Source: Planctomycetota bacterium (GTDB taxonomy: Bacteria > Planctomycetota > UBA8742 > UBA2392). Taken from it: a stretch of DNA of 64,000 nucleotides. Position numbers and translations under genes: made by a program. The stretch lies in NCBI GenBank assembly GCA_020425605.1, contig JAGQRH010000003.1, forward strand, positions 75,011-139,010, given 5' to 3'. Positions 60,534-64,000 of the stretch are shown piece after piece (the stretch's first letter is position 1; each line of letters begins with the position of its first letter). The notes under the pieces were generated by a model. The model was not told the DNA's origin, searched no databases, and worked only from the letters and a program-made list of their open reading frames with translations.

Positions 60534-61856
60534 ATGTCCGCTGACCCAGCCAAGCTGAAGCGCCGTGCCAACATTCTGGTGGCATTCACGGCGTGCGCGG
60601 TGCTGGTCGGCGCGCTGTTCGGCTGGCTGCTTCCGGGATGGCTGCCCGCGGACATTCCGGAGAACAAAGAGGCACGTGCGACGGCACTGATGCTCATCGG
60701 CTTCCCCGGCGACCTGCTGATGCAGATGCTGAAGATGCTCGTCGTGCCGCTGATTGTCGCGACCATGATTGTCGGCGTTGCATCACTGGGCGACATCCGC
60801 AAAGCCGGCAAGATCGGCTATCGCACCATCGGCTACTACGCTGTCACCACGGGTCTGTCGGTGCTGACCGGCATTATCCTCGTGAACCTGGTCCAGCCTG
60901 GTGTCACAGGCAGCGCAATTCCGGAAGCCGCTGCTGACCTGCCACAGTCACTGCAGGCGCCCAAAGGCGCACTGGTCAGCCTGCTTGAAGTAGTCAAGGG
61001 GATGTTCCCGTCCAACCTGTTCGATGCCGCCGCCAACATGAACGTGCTGGGGCTGATTGTCTTCAGCATCGTGCTCGGCGCCGTGCTGTCCACCATGGGC
61101 GAGCGCGGACGACCGGTGCTTCGGTTCTTTGAGAGCTTCAACGAAGCGATCATGAAGATCGTGCACCTGGTTGTCTGGTACGCGCCGATCGGCATCGCCA
61201 GCCTGCTGATGGCACGCATGGGCAAGGCCGGCGACGCCTTCTTCAGCAGCGAGATCCCCAAGCTCGCGATGTACATCACCACCGTGCTGGTCGGCCTCGC
61301 CATTCACGTACTCATTACGCTTCCGCTGATCTACTGGCTGTTCAAGAAACAGAACCCCTTCAAGTACATGCTCGGCATGGCGCAGGCGCTGCTTACCGCG
61401 TTCAGCACGGCCAGCAGCTCGGCGACGCTGCCGATCACGATGGAATGCGCCAAGGTCAACAACAAGATCGGCGACCGCACGGCAGGCTTCGTGTTGCCAC
61501 TCGGGGCGACGATCAACATGGACGGCACGGCGCTGTATGAGGCCGTGGCAGTCATCTTCATCGCGCAGACGCTCGGCGCGGACCTGTCGGCCGGGCAGCA
61601 GGTCGTCATATTCTTTACCGCTACACTGGCGGCAATCGGCGCGGCGGGCATACCGGAAGCCGGCCTGGTGATGATGGCCATCGTGCTCACGGCTGTCGGC
61701 ATCGACCCGAAGTACGCGGCGCTGATTCTGGCCGTGGACTGGTTCCTCGACCGCTTCCGTACGGCCGTCAACGTGGCGGGCGACGCGATCGGTGCCGGCG
61801 TGGTCGACCACCTGGAGACGCGGGACGCACCGCCGCTGCCCGCTGCGGCGGGATAG
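60534..61856 (+). CDS. dicarboxylate/amino acid:cation symporter (DAACS family)
   Basis: Track ORF from 60471 (TTG); ATG at 60534 follows GGAG. MQMLKMLVVPLIVATMIVGVASLGD, SSSATLP and GATINMDGTALYEAVA are DAACS signatures. Confidence 0.9.
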   Translation: MSADPAKLKRRANILVAFTACAVLVGALFGWLLPGWLPADIPENKEARATALMLIGFPGDLLMQMLKMLVVPLIVATMIVGVASLGDIRKAGKIGYRTIGYYAVTTGLSVLTGIILVNLVQPGVTGSAIPEAAADLPQSLQAPKGALVSLLEVVKGMFPSNLFDAAANMNVLGLIVFSIVLGAVLSTMGERGRPVLRFFESFNEAIMKIVHLVVWYAPIGIASLLMARMGKAGDAFFSSEIPKLAMYITTVLVGLAIHVLITLPLIYWLFKKQNPFKYMLGMAQALLTAFSTASSSATLPITMECAKVNNKIGDRTAGFVLPLGATINMDGTALYEAVAVIFIAQTLGADLSAGQQVVIFFTATLAAIGAAGIPEAGLVMMAIVLTAVGIDPKYAALILAVDWFLDRFRTAVNVAGDAIGAGVVDHLETRDAPPLPAAAG

Positions 61857-61918
61857 TCGTGAGCGCTGCCTTCGGCCGCGGCGGCTGCTATGCTGCCGGT
61901 GTGATGGAGGATTCGGTG

Positions 61919-63169
61919 ATGCTCAGGCGAGTGATTGTTTCCGCGTTGGCCGCGGTGTTTCTGCTGGCGTGCGTCCAGGGCGGAAGCGGCTGTGTTGCCT
62001 CACAGAACACAGTTGCACCGAAGACCTTGCCATCCATCGAGCTGGAGAGCGCATTTCCCAAGCTTTCATTCGAGCTGCCGGTGTTCCTGTGCGCAGATGG
62101 CGCCGACAGTGAATTGCTCTACGTGGTAGAGCAGAACGGCGAGATCGTCCGGTTCAAGAATGATCCCGCCACGGACGCGAAAGACACCTTCCTGGACATC
62201 CGCGAACGCATCCCCGGCGACCGTCACAATGAAGAGGGACTGCTTGCGCTCGCGTTCCACCCCAGATTCAAGGACAACGGATACTTCTTCATCTGCTACT
62301 CGCAGCACGCTGGCGGTGGCAAATCACGGCGCGGGGTGATCTCGCGCTTCACCTGGGACAAGAAGAAGGACAGCGTCGACCAGAAGTCGGAAAAGATCAT
62401 CCTTGAGGTCGATGAGCCTTTCGGAAACCACAACGGGTGCACGCTGCTGTTCGGAACCGACGGCTACCTGTACGCCAGCTTCGGGGACGGCGGCGCTGCC
62501 AACGACCCGCACCGCAACGGCCAGGACCGCGGCACGCTGCTGGCCACCATCCTGCGAATCGACATTGACAACGAACAAAAGGGCAAGGCTTACGCGATCC
62601 CAAAGGACAATCCATTTGCCGAAACAGCGGGCGCCGCGCCCGAAATCTGGGCGTTCGGTCTGCGCAACGTCTGGCGCATGAGTTTCGACCGCGAGAAGGG
62701 CACGCTCTGGGCCGGCGACGTCGGCCAGAACAGCTACGAAGAAATCGACATCATCGAAAAGGGCGGCAACTACGGCTGGAACAAACGCGAGGCAACGCAC
62801 GCATTCCAGCGCGGTGCAAAGTCCGGCGACATGATCGACCCTGTGGCAGAATACGGCCGCGACATGGGCATCAGCATCACCGGCGGCTACGTCTATCGCG
62901 GCACGAAGCAGAAGTCGTTGGTCGGCATTTACCTGTACGGCGACTACGGCACCGGCCGTATCTGGGGCCTCGACTACGATCTCGAGAAGAAGACGGTGAA
63001 GGCCAACGAAGTGCTGGGGCAGTTCCCTCGCGCCACGATCAGCAGCTTCGGCGAAGATGCGGATGGTGAGCTGTTCGTGTGCGGGCACCGCGTCGGCGCG
63101 ATCTACCGGGTGGTCGTGAAAACACCGGCCGAGAAGAACGAAGACAAAGAAGAAGAGGACGGCTTCTAG
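61919..63169 (+). CDS. PQQ-dependent sugar (glucose/sorbosone) dehydrogenase-like beta-propeller lipoprotein
   Basis: ATG at 61919 follows GGAGGA (7 nt). MLRRVIVSALAAVFLLAC is a lipobox. ..EEGLLALAFHP.., FGNHNGCTLLFGTDGYLYASFGDGG, GLRNVWRMSFD, GGNYGWN. Confidence 0.88.
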   Translation: MLRRVIVSALAAVFLLACVQGGSGCVASQNTVAPKTLPSIELESAFPKLSFELPVFLCADGADSELLYVVEQNGEIVRFKNDPATDAKDTFLDIRERIPGDRHNEEGLLALAFHPRFKDNGYFFICYSQHAGGGKSRRGVISRFTWDKKKDSVDQKSEKIILEVDEPFGNHNGCTLLFGTDGYLYASFGDGGAANDPHRNGQDRGTLLATILRIDIDNEQKGKAYAIPKDNPFAETAGAAPEIWAFGLRNVWRMSFDREKGTLWAGDVGQNSYEEIDIIEKGGNYGWNKREATHAFQRGAKSGDMIDPVAEYGRDMGISITGGYVYRGTKQKSLVGIYLYGDYGTGRIWGLDYDLEKKTVKANEVLGQFPRATISSFGEDADGELFVCGHRVGAIYRVVVKTPAEKNEDKEEEDGF

Positions 63170-64000
63170 TGGACCTGCAACTCACGGGCAAAACGGCCTT
63201 CATCACCGGCGCATCGGGCGGCATCGGGCGTGCGCTGGCGCGGGCCTTCGCTGAAGAAGGCTGCAATCTGGCCCTGCACGCCAACTCCAACCTGGACTGG
63301 CTGCGCAAGTTCATCGACGCCCAGCCGTGGAACGATCGTGCCATCGCGGTGCAAGCCGATGTCGCAAACCCGGACGCAGTACAGCAAGCCATGGATCAGG
63401 CAGCTGCCAGGTTCGGGCGCGTGGACATCTGCGTGGCGAATGCGGGGCGCTGGCCGAAGGAAGATCAGCTGCTGAGTGAGCTGTCCATTGAGCGTTTTCG
63501 CCAGACTCTCGAAGTCAACCTGCTTGGCGCAGCCTGGACTGCGCGGGCATTCATGCGCCAGTTGAAGCCCCGCGAGGACGGCCATGGCGCCGCCCTGACC
63601 TTTATCGGAAGCACGGCCGGACGCCACGGTGAGCCCATGCACTGCGACTACAGCGCCAGCAAAGCGGGCATGTACGGGCTGGTGCGCAGCCTGAAGTCCG
63701 AAGTCGTACGGCTCGATCCGTTCGCGCGGGTTAACATGGTCGAGCCCGGCTGGACCGTCACCGAGATGGCGCGCGAGGCCCTGGACCAACCCGGCAAGAT
63801 CGCCCAGATCGTGAAGACCGTCAGCCTGCGCCAGCTGGCACGTGCCGCTGATATCGCGCGGGCCGTGGTCATGCTCAGCAGCCCGGGCGCGTCGCGGCAC
63901 ATCAGTGGAGAGGTCCTGACCGTCGCCGGCGGCATGGAAGGCCGCACGATCTGGAACGAAAGCGACATCGACGAAGCAGCAATCCGAAAACGCGCACGCG
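63169..64000 (+). CDS. short-chain dehydrogenase/reductase (SDR), 3' end beyond window
   Basis: Own translation from GTG 63169: VDLQLTGKTAFITGASGGIGRALARAFAEEG (TGxxxGIG), NAG, and YSASKAG (YxxxK). Not in the ORF track because there is no stop inside the window. The antisense track ORF 63166..63900 is rejected. Confidence 0.85.
   Translation, partial: MDLQLTGKTAFITGASGGIGRALARAFAEEGCNLALHANSNLDWLRKFIDAQPWNDRAIAVQADVANPDAVQQAMDQAAARFGRVDICVANAGRWPKEDQLLSELSIERFRQTLEVNLLGAAWTARAFMRQLKPREDGHGAALTFIGSTAGRHGEPMHCDYSASKAGMYGLVRSLKSEVVRLDPFARVNMVEPGWTVTEMAREALDQPGKIAQIVKTVSLRQLARAADIARAVVMLSSPGASRHISGEVLTVAGGMEGRTIWNESDIDEAAIRKRAR

Overview
Visibly GC-rich bacterial chromosomal segment with about 50 protein-coding genes. 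I recognised no rRNA, tRNA or CRISPR array. The protein repertoire suggests a PVC-type (Planctomycetota-like) genome, but that is inference only: exported alpha/alpha-toroid 'prenyltransferase-repeat' proteins, giant repeat surface proteins, a sulfatase-like enzyme, and an IS200-like RAYT remnant with REP-like hairpins. Housekeeping content: glxK, ETF-QO, ruvA, gpmI-pgi-trkH-trkA, xerD, ilvE, rdgB, a long minus-strand gene string (rseP / sulfatase-like / TIM-barrel isomerase / hypothetical / tatC / kdsC), egtB-egtD, a DAACS transporter, a PQQ sugar dehydrogenase and an SDR. Unusual content: (i) 1-5973, three tandem paralogs of an exported alpha/alpha-toroid protein. (ii) 11015-23959, an XRE/TPR-like regulator divergent from three very large secreted proteins (879, 1815 and 918 aa). 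They share a NIDO-like N-domain and a Cys-containing C-terminal sorting signal, and a nearby Kelch protein (27732-29480) carries the same signal. This is my top candidate for an undescribed surface system. (iii) 56570-58187, a DUF692/MNIO-like enzyme translationally coupled to an unknown partner, with no precursor peptide in sight. (iv) 41289-46178, a cst/blh-like sulfur cluster: two persulfide-dioxygenase-rhodanese fusions with Gly/Cys-repeat tails, plus ArsR and SulP, driven from a perfectly palindromic bidirectional promoter. (v) 40477-41284, a RAYT pseudogene with REP-like multi-hairpin repeats. Many long ORFs in the supplied track are antisense artefacts of the GC-rich coding strand and were not called.
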